From Dictyostelium discoideum (taxonomy: Eukaryota), in the NCBI GenBank assembly GCA_000004695.1, contig CM000151.3:5696001-5760000 (forward strand): DNA of 64,000 bases, written 5' to 3'. Below are positions 28,705-39,438 of the stretch, one piece after another. A model generated the notes under the pieces. The model was not told the origin of the DNA. It saw only the letters and a program-made list of their open reading frames with translations, and ran no database searches. Made by a program: the position numbers and the translations under genes. Every line of letters starts with the position of its first letter. Within the stretch, counting starts at the first letter, position 1.

Positions 28705-29192
28705 ATGTCAGATATTATTGCAAGAGGTAACGTCGAAAACGGTGACAAACTTTTCAAAGCAAGATGTGCTCAATGTCACACCACTGCTAATGTAAGTTTA
28801 CTTTTTCTTTTTCTTTTTTTTTTTAATAATCAAATAAAATCTTAAAAAAATAAAAAAAATAAAAAAAATAAAAAAACAAAACCCACACATATTTATTAAA
28901 ATATGATCATGTGCGATATTTTTATTTATTTTTAATTTATCTTTTTTTTTTTAATTAAACAAAAGGAAATAAATAAATATTAATGTCCATAAAAAAAAAA
29001 AAAAAAAAAAAAAAAAATAGGGTGCACCAAACAAACAAGGTCCAAATCTTTACGGTTTATTCTTTCCTAAATCACGTTCCTTCCCTGGTTATGCCTACTC
29101 TGACCCCAACAAAAACACTGGAAAGTTTTGTTTTATTCATTACTTATAAATTTTCATTTTTTTCCTTCCATCAAAAAGGATAATTATCCACG

Positions 29193-29267
<75 letters not shown>

Positions 29268-29465
29268 AACCAAAATACAAACGATACTAATTAGGACGAA
29301 AATAATTTTAAAATAATAGGTATCATGTGGGGTGAACAAACTCTCTTTGATTACTTAGAAAATCCAAAGAAATACATTCCAAAGACTAAAATGGCCTTTG
29401 CTGGTTTCAAATCTGAACAAGATAGAGCTGATGTTGTCGCTTACCTTGAACAATCAACTAAATAA
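28705..29465 (+). CDS. cytC: Cytochrome c (111 aa); join(28705..28791,29021..29119,29320..29465)
   Basis: Heme-binding CAQCHT, conserved GPNLYGLF..., [36 protein letters not shown] (Met ligand). Intron 1 is 229 nt (GTAAGT..AG). Intron 2 (29120..29319) reads GAAAGT...AG, i.e. non-canonical (see findings). Confidence 0.85.
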
Positions 29466-29840
29466 ACACACAATATAAATAAACTACTCAACTAAATAAA
29501 CACAATATAAATAACTTGATTTCTTTTTTAACAATATAAATAACATGGTTTCTTTTTTTCTTATTTATTTATATTATTAATAAAATAATTATATATTCAC
29601 CCGTATTTTTCACACATAAAAAAAGAAAGTGTGACAGGTTGGAATGTTTGTCAGTTTCAAAAAATAAAAATTTTGTGGATGAAATTTAATATTAACAATA
29701 TAAATAAACTTAATTTTCTTTTTCTCATAATTATTTATTTATATTATTAATAAAATAATTATATTTCCACCCTGTATTTTTTTAAAATAAATAAAAAAAA
29801 AGAAAGTGTAAAAAGTTGGAAAGTTTGTGAGTTTCAAAAA
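29448..29840. repeat. Nested tandem repeats in the cytC 3' flank: three copies of a roughly 30-bp unit and two copies of a roughly 140-bp unit
   Basis: The 30-bp unit aaataaacacaatataaataa+ occurs three times in tandem from about 29458 to 29560; the first copy contains the cytC stop codon. The large units at 29530..29667 and 29696..29840 are about 85% identical (ttatttatttatattattaataaaataattatat...agaaagtgt.a.a.gttgga.(a)tgtttgt.agtttcaaaaaat). Confidence 0.8.
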
Positions 29841-29921
29841 ATTAATGGGAGGGCATAGAAAATAAAAAAATAAAAAAAAAAAAAAAAAAAAGAGGGCAAC
29901 AAACCCACCAGCGCCACATAA

Positions 29922-30033
29922 AATTAGTAAGAAAGTTATTTCCAGATAAATTAAAGTTATTTTCAGATTCACTATCGCAAAAACGTGATAATTTATTAAT
30001 TATATTGTTTTCTGAATAAAGGAATTATGCCAG
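29922..30033 (+). pseudogene. Fragment copy (two pieces, about 91 + 13 bp) of the TVP38/DedA-family gene located at 40589..41692
   Basis: 29922..30012 is about 97% identical to 41339..41433 (..ttagtaagaaagttatttccagataaattaaagttattttcagattcactatcgcaaaaacgtgataatttattaa.ttatat.gttttc). 30021..30033 (ggaattatgccag) matches 41528..41540. The antisense ORFs 29739..29972 and 41184..41390 both begin MNLKITLIYLEITFLL. There is no intact reading frame, so it is non-functional. Confidence 0.75.
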
Positions 30034-31072
30034 ACATAAAATTAGTAACTTTTAACAACTTTAATACTGAAATTTTTACACCCTTACAAAAAATAAAAAT
30101 AAAAATAAATTTTTTTTTTTTTTTTAATTTGTGAGTGAAATTTCGTGAAATTTCATGTTCAACACTTTTTAAAAATAGAATTAAATTAAATTAAATAAAA
30201 TATTATTGAAAATAATTGTATATTCGAAAAAAATTAATATGATCCTGTTACTTGATCTTTTAATACTTATTTATCATTTTCATTTATGAACTTTAATTTG
30301 ATTGTATAATAATTTGTGCAAAATTTTTTAAAAATTAAGATTAGTGTCTTTATTGGAAAATCAATATAGAATTCATAAAATTTATAAGTTAAAATTTAAA
30401 TTTGATGAAGATAGAGAATTGGTAGTAAAAGGTGTTAAGATGACCTTGAATAATATGGATTACTAAATTTTTCAAAATTATTATTTGCAGCGATGGTAAT
30501 GATTAAATGATATTTAAAATTGGTCAACCGTTCAAACTTTAGATAAAAGACTTAGAGGGCATGAATATCCTTTAAATGGTTGTTTCAAAGTATGGGCAAT
30601 GATGGCCCTTTCCAAAATTTAAGATGTGAAGGTTATGTATGTATGCATTGGGTTCCTTTATGGCAAATATTTTGGAATCCAATTTAATTGAAAAAACCAA
30701 TTAAATTTTAATATGAACCAGGTTCGATTACTGATTTGGCAGTTCTTGCATTCAATTCAAACTCATTACTTTTTTTAATACATATATATATATGTACTAA
30801 TATTAACAATTTAAATTTAATAGACTCATATACAATATTCAGGTTCAATACAATCTCGACAATAATCATTTTTTATCTTAAACATCAACACATGTATAGA
30901 TAAATTATTAGGGAAAATTAATTTTTATTGTTATAATTTGGATTGTTTTATCTAAATAAAAGCAATTAAACATATCCAAAATTATTTAAAAAAAATAAAC
31001 AATTAATTGATTTTTTCTTTTAAATAGAAATTTAGTAGTATATTTATTATTTATTTTTTATTATTATTATTA

Positions 31073-31178
31073 TCAATCAAAATTATAGTTAGTTTCTTCT
31101 TGGTCATCTTGTTCTCTCATCATTGCAATTGTTTTACTCATGGCCTCTAAATTGAATTTTGCGATTTTCATTACTTTT

Positions 31179-31231
<53 letters not shown>

Positions 31232-34098
31232 TTGATCAATTAATTGTTGTTGTTGGTCACTTTCATGATTAGTTTTGTCGAGATCATTTTTGAAAGTTTC
31301 AGTGCTATCTAAATTATCTTTTTTTGTTTCAATACTTTCAATTTTATTATCAGATAAAATTGAATCCTCTTTTTTATCATTATTATTATTAGTAGTACTA
31401 TATATTTGTTGTTCTTGTTGTAATGATAACGAGGATATTGGTGTGGGAGTTGTTGTTATTGAGGTTGAAGTTGAAGAGGGGTGAGATGGTGATTGTGATT
31501 TGATATTTGTTATTACATTATCTGTATTTGTATCTATATCTGTTGTTGTTGTTGTTGTTGTTTCTGGTGTGGTATCAGAAGTAGTTGTTGTTGGTAATAA
31601 AACTGGTGAAGAAATTGGCGAAGAATTTGGTGATATTAAAATTGCTGATGGTTGTTGTTGTTGTTGCTGTTGCTGTTGTTGTTGTTGTTGTTGTTTTTGT
31701 AATGTTATAGTTGAAGTTAATTTATTTACAATTAAATTGAAAAAGAGAATTATATAAGATATCATAAAGAATTTATAAAGTATATTGATATATGGTGAAG
31801 TTTTCTTTGTTCTCTTTAAGATTTGTACAGTATTTTCTAAAGATTTTGATTTATTGAATAACTTTGTAATTGAAGTTAATGTTGAATCGATATAGGGTTT
31901 AGTTTTATCTAATTTCGATTGAATTTCAAATTGTCTCTCTTGATTCTCCAATACGAATTGTTTTGATTTTTCACTTGATCTATTTAGAGTTTCAAAATTT
32001 GTAAAGAGATCAAATTTGAATTGTTTAGATTTATCCTCCAATTGATCCAATTCCTTACCTTGTTGAAGGATTCTCTCTTCCAATGAATCATATCTTTTTC
32101 TTAGATCAGAGATTTCAATCACTTTAGGACGTAATTGCAACATTTCTCTATAGGCTCTTGAAAGTTGACGATTTCTGCCAGGTTTTTGAAATTCAATGAT
32201 TACACTATCGTCACCACTACTACTTCTAATATCATCATCACCAGCACCACCAGCACCACCACCATCGTCATCATAATCATCATCATTATTCAATGAATTT
32301 AATACAGAATTTACATTTTTACTTAACGATGATGAATTATTTTGATGATTTCTATGATGAGATTTCTTATTTTTACCAAATCCAAATAAATGATTCTTTT
32401 TTAATGGAAATGATGGCATTTGAATATTTGGTTTACTTATACCATCATTAAATAAACCTTTAATATTAGTTTGAATCTTTTTTAATCTACTACTACCATC
32501 AAATGATGGTAAAATATTAAATGGTTGTTTTCCTGATGATGATGATGTTGGTGTAGTTGGATTATTATTATTATTATTATTGGTAGTATCATTACTATAT
32601 GTATTTGGTGTAGATTCTAAATTATTTTGTAAATTTCTATTTTGACTATGTGATAAAGTTAATGATAATCTATTTGGATTTAACTTTCTACGTAATAAAC
32701 TTTGTCTTTTACTCTTTGCACTATCTGAATCTTTTAATACTGATTCTAAATTTGATGATGATACATGTTGATATTGTCCATTATTATTATTATTATTATT
32801 ATTGTTATTGTTATTATTTTCAGATTCAGGTGGTGTATTTGTTGAATAACTTCTTTTATGATCACGATGAAATTTAAATATATGATGTTGTATTGGCGCG
32901 TCATAATCTGTTGAACTTGATGATGATAATATTGATTTTTTTGGGTATGAAGATGATGGAATTGGTGGTGGAGGAGGTGGAGGTGGTGGTGTAGGTGGTG
33001 CACCTCCATTACCACTACTACTATTACTACTACCACTACTGAATAAACTATGAAATGGTTTATTTTTTAATGTTTGCTTTAAATTAATTTCCAATATTGA
33101 TTTCTTTTGACTAATCTTTCTTTTATGCATTAATGGATTATATCTTGAATTCTTTTCACATTCAAATAAATAACTATAAAAATCTTCCATCTTTCTTTTA
33201 CATATTGCTGATTTTTGTAAAGTTTCTTCTGAAAACTCTTCAAAATTATGATTATTATTATTATTATTATTAATATTACTACTATTGGTATTATTAATAG
33301 TTGTGGAATTATTAGATAAATTACCATATGGTTGATGATGATAAGTTGCAGATAAATCAATGATTGGTTGTGGTATTGGTTGTTGGTGTGGTTGTTGTAA
33401 AAATGTTGATATTGATGGTGAATGACTTAAAAATGTTTTTGGCGATGATGAAGCACTATTACAAAGTTCACTCGATTGTTGTGGCGATGATGATTGCATA
33501 TATGCTTGATTATGATGTAATTGACGATACTGATTAATATTTGGTGATAAATGAAAATTATCAATTGATGGTGAACCTGCAACTGATGAAGATGGTGTTG
33601 ATACTATAAATGGCGATGTTATTGTTTGCTGTTGCTGTTGTTGTTGTTGTTGTTGATTTAAATTTGGTGATTTTAATAAAACTTGTTTCTTATTAATTTC
33701 AGATGTTTGTAGTTGCTGCTGTTGTTGTTGCTGTTGTTGTAGAGTTGGTAGTGGTGGAGTTGGTGGTGGTGAATGCGATGATGGTGGATCAATTGATAGA
33801 CTTGGTAATTCAATAACTGTATTATTCGTTGCACTTGATAATGTTGCATCTGATTCATCAGTATCATCAAAATCTTGACCACCAAATGTTGGATTCGATG
33901 GCAAACTTGATGAACCACTAAAAACATTTGTCCTTGAATTACCACGATGTTGTCCCAATGGGAATAATCCACCACCTATAGTAGTATTAGTTGTAGTAGT
34001 AGTAGTAGTTGTAGTATTATTATTATTATTACTATTCACATTATTACTGCTAGATTTAAGTGGAGAAGTAGGTGTAGATTTACTACTACTATTATTAC

Positions 34099-34153
<55 letters not shown>

Positions 34154-35156
34154 TATATTAATTGCTGGAGTAATTAAGTTATTATTATTATTATTTTGTT
34201 TTTGTTGTGATTGAGGTAATGATGATTGTAATGGTGGTGATTGTAATGGTGGTGATTGTATGGGTGGTGATTGTATGGGTGATTGTAGAGTAGATGATGA
34301 ATCTGATGAATTTGGTGATCCAATATTACTACTACTATTATTACTATTATTATTATTATTATTTACAGAATGATTATCTTTATGAGAAACATGTAATTTC
34401 TTCATTACAAAATTTGATAAATCAGATGCTATAGAAGTTCTTTTTGATTTTTCTTTTTCTCTTAATGAACTATTAGTTGAGGATGGGTTGGAAGTATTAT
34501 GACTATTATTATTATGATGATGATCAATATCAAAACTTGTGTTATAATAATCAACAGATCTAGTTGAATAAGTTGAAGTATCAGTTTGAATTGAAGTATC
34601 ATCATCTTCGGTATGTGTTAAATCAGTGCTTGTATTATTTGAAGCTGTTGATGTTGATGATTTACCATTTTTCTTTTGTTGTTTTTTTAATTGTTTTTTT
34701 AATTCCTTCTCTTCTTTTTCTCTTTGTTTTTGTTTTTCTTTTTCCTCTTTTTCAAATTCTTTTTGTCTTTGTTTCTCCAATTCTTTTAATTTATATTTTA
34801 GTTCTTTCTCTTCATCATCTTTTAATTTCTTTTCTTTATCTTTATCTTTTTTATCTTTATCTTTATCTTTTTTATCATTATCTTTAACTTTATCTTCTTT
34901 ATGAAATATTGATGTTATTGAAACACTTTATAATAAAATAAAATAAAATAAAATAAAGGTGTGTAAGTTAAAATTAACATAAATATTATTTATTTATTAT
35001 TTATTATTTATTATTTATTATTTATTCATTATACCTTTTTCTTTTTTCACTTGTACTTGGTGAGGTTGATAATGGTACATCATGGTTTGGATTTACAGTT
35101 AGAGATGGTTTTGTTGCTGCTATTGATTCGCTAGTTTGTCTCTTTGTATTATCCAT
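31073..35156 (-). CDS. Large low-complexity protein (about 1320 aa): K/E-rich N-terminus, poly-N/Q/S/T, poly-Pro, coiled coil followed by one TM helix; join(31073..34925,35035..35156)
   Basis: The ORF-track start at 34780 is a TTG and the frame stays open upstream to the acceptor at 34926/34925. Exon 1 is 35035..35156 (real ATG at 35156, MDNTKRQTSE..., donor AG|GTATAA, phase 2). The intron is 109 nt. TM segment YINILYKFFMISYIILFFNLIVNKL. Confidence 0.6.
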
Positions 35157-35195
35157 TTAAAACTTTTAATTGACAATAATAATAATAATTGAATA

Positions 35196-35256
<61 letters not shown>

Positions 35257-35968
35257 GAGTAGTATTATTATTATTATTATTTACAGTAGATATAAAAATG
35301 AGTTTTTAAAAAAAAAAAAAAAAAAAAAAAAGTAATATACAAAATTTTTGTGGGAAATAATAAATAATTAAAAAAAAAAATTTTAGAAAAAAAAAAAAAT
35401 AAGAAACAGTTTTACTTAAAAAAGTTTACAATTTTCATAATACCACACAATGAAAAAATAATTGATTCAATTATTACTAAATATTAGGAACCAGTTTTTA
35501 AAAAAAAAAAAAAAATAAAAAAAAAAAAAAAAGAAAAAAAAAATAAAAAAAAAAATTAATGAAAAAAAAAAAAAAAAGAAACAGGGCTTGGTCAGTCAGA
35601 AAATTAAATATTTTTTTTTTTTTAATTTTAATTTTTTTTTTTTATTATTAAAAATAACACCTTTTTTTATTTTTTTTTTTATTTTTTATTTTTTTTTTAT
35701 TTTTTTTTTTTTAGTGTTAAATCTTTTAAAGTGAGATAAAATTTATGAAGACTTTTAAAAAAAATAAAAAAATACCACCCAAAATAGAATTTGATTATTT
35801 GTAATCTAAAATAATTTTTTTTTTTAATTTTTATTTTTGCGATTTTTTTTTTTTTTTTTTTTGTCCAAAAAATTTTTCGTTCGTTTTTTTTATTTTTTTT
35901 TTTTTTTATTTTATTTTTTTTTTTCAGTCTCTCACTCACCTATTTTGTAACTAATCATATTAAAAAAA

Positions 35969-37150
35969 ATGGTCATCAAAACTACAACCACTACTAAATC
36001 TGCCCCAACAAAATCATCAACTAAAACAGCAGCAACCACTCCAGTTGTTGAAGGTGCAACCACTCCAGTTGCTAAAATAGTTGTAAAGAAAACTACTGCA
36101 ACATCTGCATCAGCACCAACACCAGCAACCAAAGCAACAACAACTAAAAAAACCACTACCACAACTAAAGCAACAACAACTAAAGCTAAAGAAGCAGAAC
36201 CAGTTGAAGTTTATGAAGAAATGAAAAAGATGACACCAATTGAACCACCACACTCAATTAAAATTAATTATTTTAAGAAATCAATTTGTGCAAAGATTAC
36301 ACTTCATAAAATTCCAGATAAATTTATTAATTTACATCCAACCTCAACTAAATTCCATATTGATACATTAAAATATACAAAGAGATTCCTTTTAGATATT
36401 CCATATCCTGAAAATGTCGTTGTTGATGATGAAAAAGCAACTTGTACATTTGAACATGATATTTTAACAGTTTTCATTCCAATTATTTCTGAATTAAAAG
36501 AAAAAACCAATAGTAATAATAATAATAAAAATAACAATAAAAAAGTAAATAATAAAAGAAAACAACAAGAAGTTGAAGAAGAAGAAGAAGAAGAAGAAGA
36601 AAAAGTAGAAGAAAAACCAAAAAAAGTTATTAAAAAACAAAAAGTTTCAAATAAAACTGAAGAACAAAAAGAAAAAGTTGAAGAAGAAGAAAAAGTTGAG
36701 GAAGAAGAACAATCAGAAACTACCACTACCACTCAAAAGAAAAAGAAATTCATTAGCAATGATTCAACAATTGATATTATGAAACAAATTTCTGAAGAAC
36801 AAGAGAAAAAAGCTAATCAAAAAATTACTCAAGAAAAGAAAAAGACTCAACAATTACAATCTAAAGAAGTTGAAAAACAAACAAAGAAAAAGAATGTTGT
36901 AGAGAAAAAGAAAACAATTTTAAAGAAATTAAAAGGTGAAGAAGAACAAGAACAAGAAAAAGAAGAAGAGAAACCAGTTGTAGCTAAAACTACAACCACA
37001 ACTAAAAAATCTGTTTCAAAGAAACCAAAAACTCAAGTTGAACAACCATCAGAAGAACAAACTACCCCAAGTAAAAAATCAGTTTCATTTGGTGAAAAAG
37101 TTAATGTAAAACATATTCCAAAAGTTGGAAAAGGTAATAAATTAAATTAA
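35969..37150 (+). CDS. CS-domain (p23/PIH1-CS-like) protein with T/A/K-rich N-terminus and K/E-rich C-terminal half (393 aa)
   Basis: Real ATG at 35969. Segment IEPPHSIKINYFKKSICAKITLHKIP...FHIDTLKYTKRFLLDIPYPENVVVDDEKATCTFEHDILTVFIPI has the beta-sandwich CS/PIH1-CS pattern. The domain call is tentative. Confidence 0.5.
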   Translation: MVIKTTTTTKSAPTKSSTKTAATTPVVEGATTPVAKIVVKKTTATSASAPTPATKATTTKKTTTTTKATTTKAKEAEPVEVYEEMKKMTPIEPPHSIKINYFKKSICAKITLHKIPDKFINLHPTSTKFHIDTLKYTKRFLLDIPYPENVVVDDEKATCTFEHDILTVFIPIISELKEKTNSNNNNKNNNKKVNNKRKQQEVEEEEEEEEEKVEEKPKKVIKKQKVSNKTEEQKEKVEEEEKVEEEEQSETTTTTQKKKKFISNDSTIDIMKQISEEQEKKANQKITQEKKKTQQLQSKEVEKQTKKKNVVEKKKTILKKLKGEEEQEQEKEEEKPVVAKTTTTTKKSVSKKPKTQVEQPSEEQTTPSKKSVSFGEKVNVKHIPKVGKGNKLN

Positions 37151-37171
37151 ACAACAAATTTAACAAACTAG

Positions 37172-37224
<53 letters not shown>

Positions 37225-37591
37225 AAATAAACAATTTTTTAATTAAATATAATATTGAATATTTTAAAATATATATTTTTTTATTTATTTAATTTAAAAA
37301 TAATTTGGTAGTAATTAAGTAAGTCTTACCAAAACTCACATTAAATCTGGAAATAAAAATGGGTGCTATCTTTGACTATTTTAACTAATACCAAAGTTAC
37401 CTCTTTTTTTTTTAAAATAAAAAATAAAATAATATACAAATGAATCACCATTAGGAACTTAACTAAAAAATAAATATATAAATAAATAAATAATAAAAAA
37501 AAAGTTGATACATTATTTTAAAATCAAATCCCAAAAAATTTTTTTTTTTTTTTTGAATGGAAAAAATAATAAAAAAAAAAATAAAAAAAAA

Positions 37592-37633
37592 TAAATTATT
37601 CAGGTTTATCAGAAAAAAAACCTGAATAATTTA
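37592..37633. promoter_or_regulatory. Perfect 13-bp inverted repeat TAAATTATTCAGG-(16 nt)-CCTGAATAATTTA about 60-100 bp upstream of the EGF-like gene ATG
   Basis: Directly visible. Candidate promoter palindrome. The degenerate copy B retains only one half (cctgataaaattt). Confidence 0.4.
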
Positions 37634-37693
37634 TTTTTTTTTTTTTTTTTCTCATCAAATTTTTCACTCTCACATCTTATACACACAGACAAA

Positions 37694-38524
37694 ATGAAAA
37701 TTTTATTATTACTATTTTTAATAGTTTTATTAAATGTTTCTTTCACAATGGCTTGGGAAGAAAGTGGTGAAACATATTATCCAGTATACCCACCAGGCAG
37801 TAAAAAATGTCATAATGATTGCAATTATCAACCATATCTTTGTTACAATGGTATTTGTTCATGTCCTTATGGATACAATCTTAATCCATACGATTGCAGT
37901 GATAAATGTTATTATGCAGGTAAGATAATCTTTAATAATAATAAATAATAATAAATAATAATAAATAATAAATAATAATACTAATAGTAATAATTTAATA
38001 CTACTACTACTACTTTAGGTTGTACAAAATCTATAGATTCAATTAGTGATACCACTCTTAAAGGTGGACCAATTACTTTATTAGGATGGTTTGATAATGA
38101 TTATTCATCAATTTTTATCACTGTTGATGGTGTTAATTGTCCAATTTATTCAAATTCTTCAACAAGTGTAACTTGTTTAGCACCAAAAATCGGTGGTTCA
38201 ATGAACCCACATTTATATATAGTAGAAACTACATTCACTGATAGCAATAATAACACAATGATGGAAATATTTAAAACAGTTAGTTATAATTCCACAAATT
38301 GTTTAAATCAATGCTCAGGTGTTGGTTCATGTGATGAGAATGGAAATTGCAATTGTTTATCTGGTTACTCTGGTGAAGATTGTAGTATTATTCCATCACC
38401 AGCTCATTCATCCTCATCATCATCACCAACTGATAAAGGTTATTTTACAATTCAAATCACTCCATTTACTTTAATTTTATTATTCATTTTCATTTTAATT
38501 ACTATAATTACTTCAAAAAAATAA
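37694..38524 (+). CDS. Secreted/type-I membrane protein with signal peptide, Cys-rich module, EGF-like module and C-terminal TM; join(37694..37919,38019..38524)
   Basis: Real ATG at 37694. Signal peptide MKILLLLFLIVLLNVS. Exon 1 is Cys-rich (CHNDCNYQPYLCYNGICSCPYGYNLNPYDCSDKCYYAG). Donor G|GTAAGA (phase 1), 99-nt intron, acceptor ...tactttag. Exon 2 contains CLNQCSGVGSCDENGNCNCLSGYSGEDC (EGF-like) and a C-terminal hydrophobic anchor. Confidence 0.7.
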
Positions 38525-38689
38525 AATAAAAAAAGTAGAATCAAACAAACAAACAAAAAAACAAACAAACAATCAAACACTTATGTAACATATTTAATAA
38601 TAATAAATAATAAATAATAAATAATAATATTAATAATAATAATAATAATAATATCTATTTATTATATTACAACAATTTATTTATTTTGT

Positions 38690-38830
38690 ATTTTAATGAA
38701 TATAATTTAATTTATTAAAACAACCCTTTTTAAGTTTCATTTGATATTAATTGTGATTTATTAAATTGTAATTTTAATTGATTATATTTTGATAGTACCT
38801 ATTCTACAATTTGGATCAATATTTATAAAA
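38690..38830 (-). pseudogene. Fragment of the SNARE gene (equivalent to 39420..39470 joined directly to 39719..39817; about 250 bp of CDS deleted)
   Basis: 38722..38820 is about 92% identical to 39719..39817 (internal SNARE CDS). 38690..38740 matches the SNARE 3' end/flank 39420..39470. It is part of copy A of the tandem duplication. Confidence 0.6.
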
Positions 38831-39109
38831 AATTATTTGAATATCTCAATTTTTGAAATTTAAAATAAAAAAAAAAAAAAAAAAAAAAGGTGAGGATAAA
38901 ATATAAAAAATAATAAAAAGAATAAAAAAATAATAAAATAAATAATTGAATCAAAATCTCCATCATCACCATCATTAGGAACTTCACTAAATTAAACTGA
39001 TTTTAAAAAATAAGTATCTTAGTTTTAAAGTAAATAAAGTTTTAATTAATTAATTAATAAATTAATAAATTTTAAATTAATTACTTTTGTTAAAAAAATA
39101 AATAAATAA

Positions 39110-39144
<35 letters not shown>

Positions 39145-39237
39145 TTTGGTGATCGTCATCATAAAATCAAATCTCAATTTTTTTTTTTTTCTTCAAGTTT
39201 TTTTCCTGATAAAATTTCCTTTTTTTTTTTTTTTCTT

Positions 39238-39400
39238 TTCTCATCAATTTTTCACTCTCACATCTTATACACACACACACACAGACAAAATGAAAATTTT
39301 ATTATTACTATTTTTAACAGTTTTATTAAATGTTTCTTCAAGATAATCTTATTCACCAATTTCTATCAATATTGTTGTTAATTGCCCAATTTATTTATTT
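39238..39400 (+). pseudogene. Degenerate remnant of the EGF-like gene: 5' flank + start codon + signal peptide + a fragment of exon 2 only
   Basis: 39238..39335 is about 93% identical to 37651..37745 (ctcatcaa.tttttcactctcacatcttatacacaca...gacaaaatgaaaattttattattactatttttaa.agttttattaaatgtttc). It then jumps to an exon-2 fragment (..gttgttaattgcccaatttatt matches 38130..38155). The ORF 39146..39346 ends after the signal peptide. Confidence 0.65.
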
Positions 39401-39438
39401 ATTTATTTATTTATTTTATTTTAATGAATGCAATTTTA

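Noticed and set aside
29739-29972. 77-aa and 68-aa antisense ORFs beginning MNLKITLIYLEITFLL (29739..29972 - and 41184..41390 -)
   Set aside because: They are antisense readings of the TVP38 coding segment and of its copied fragment. Their shared N-terminus is simply the consequence of the DNA duplication, which was used as evidence for the duplication, not evidence of a gene.
30715-30760. tRNA-like T-loop GGTTCGATT at 30723
   Set aside because: No matching acceptor, D or anticodon stems could be built around it; the T-stem pairs only partially. Not called as a tRNA.
39290-39345. Antisense of the duplicated signal-peptide region as a possible TM exon for the SNARE
   Set aside because: The reverse-strand translation is Lys-rich (KLVNKIILKKHLIKLL...) rather than a hydrophobic helix, and no in-phase AG acceptor joins it to ...KMSKR.
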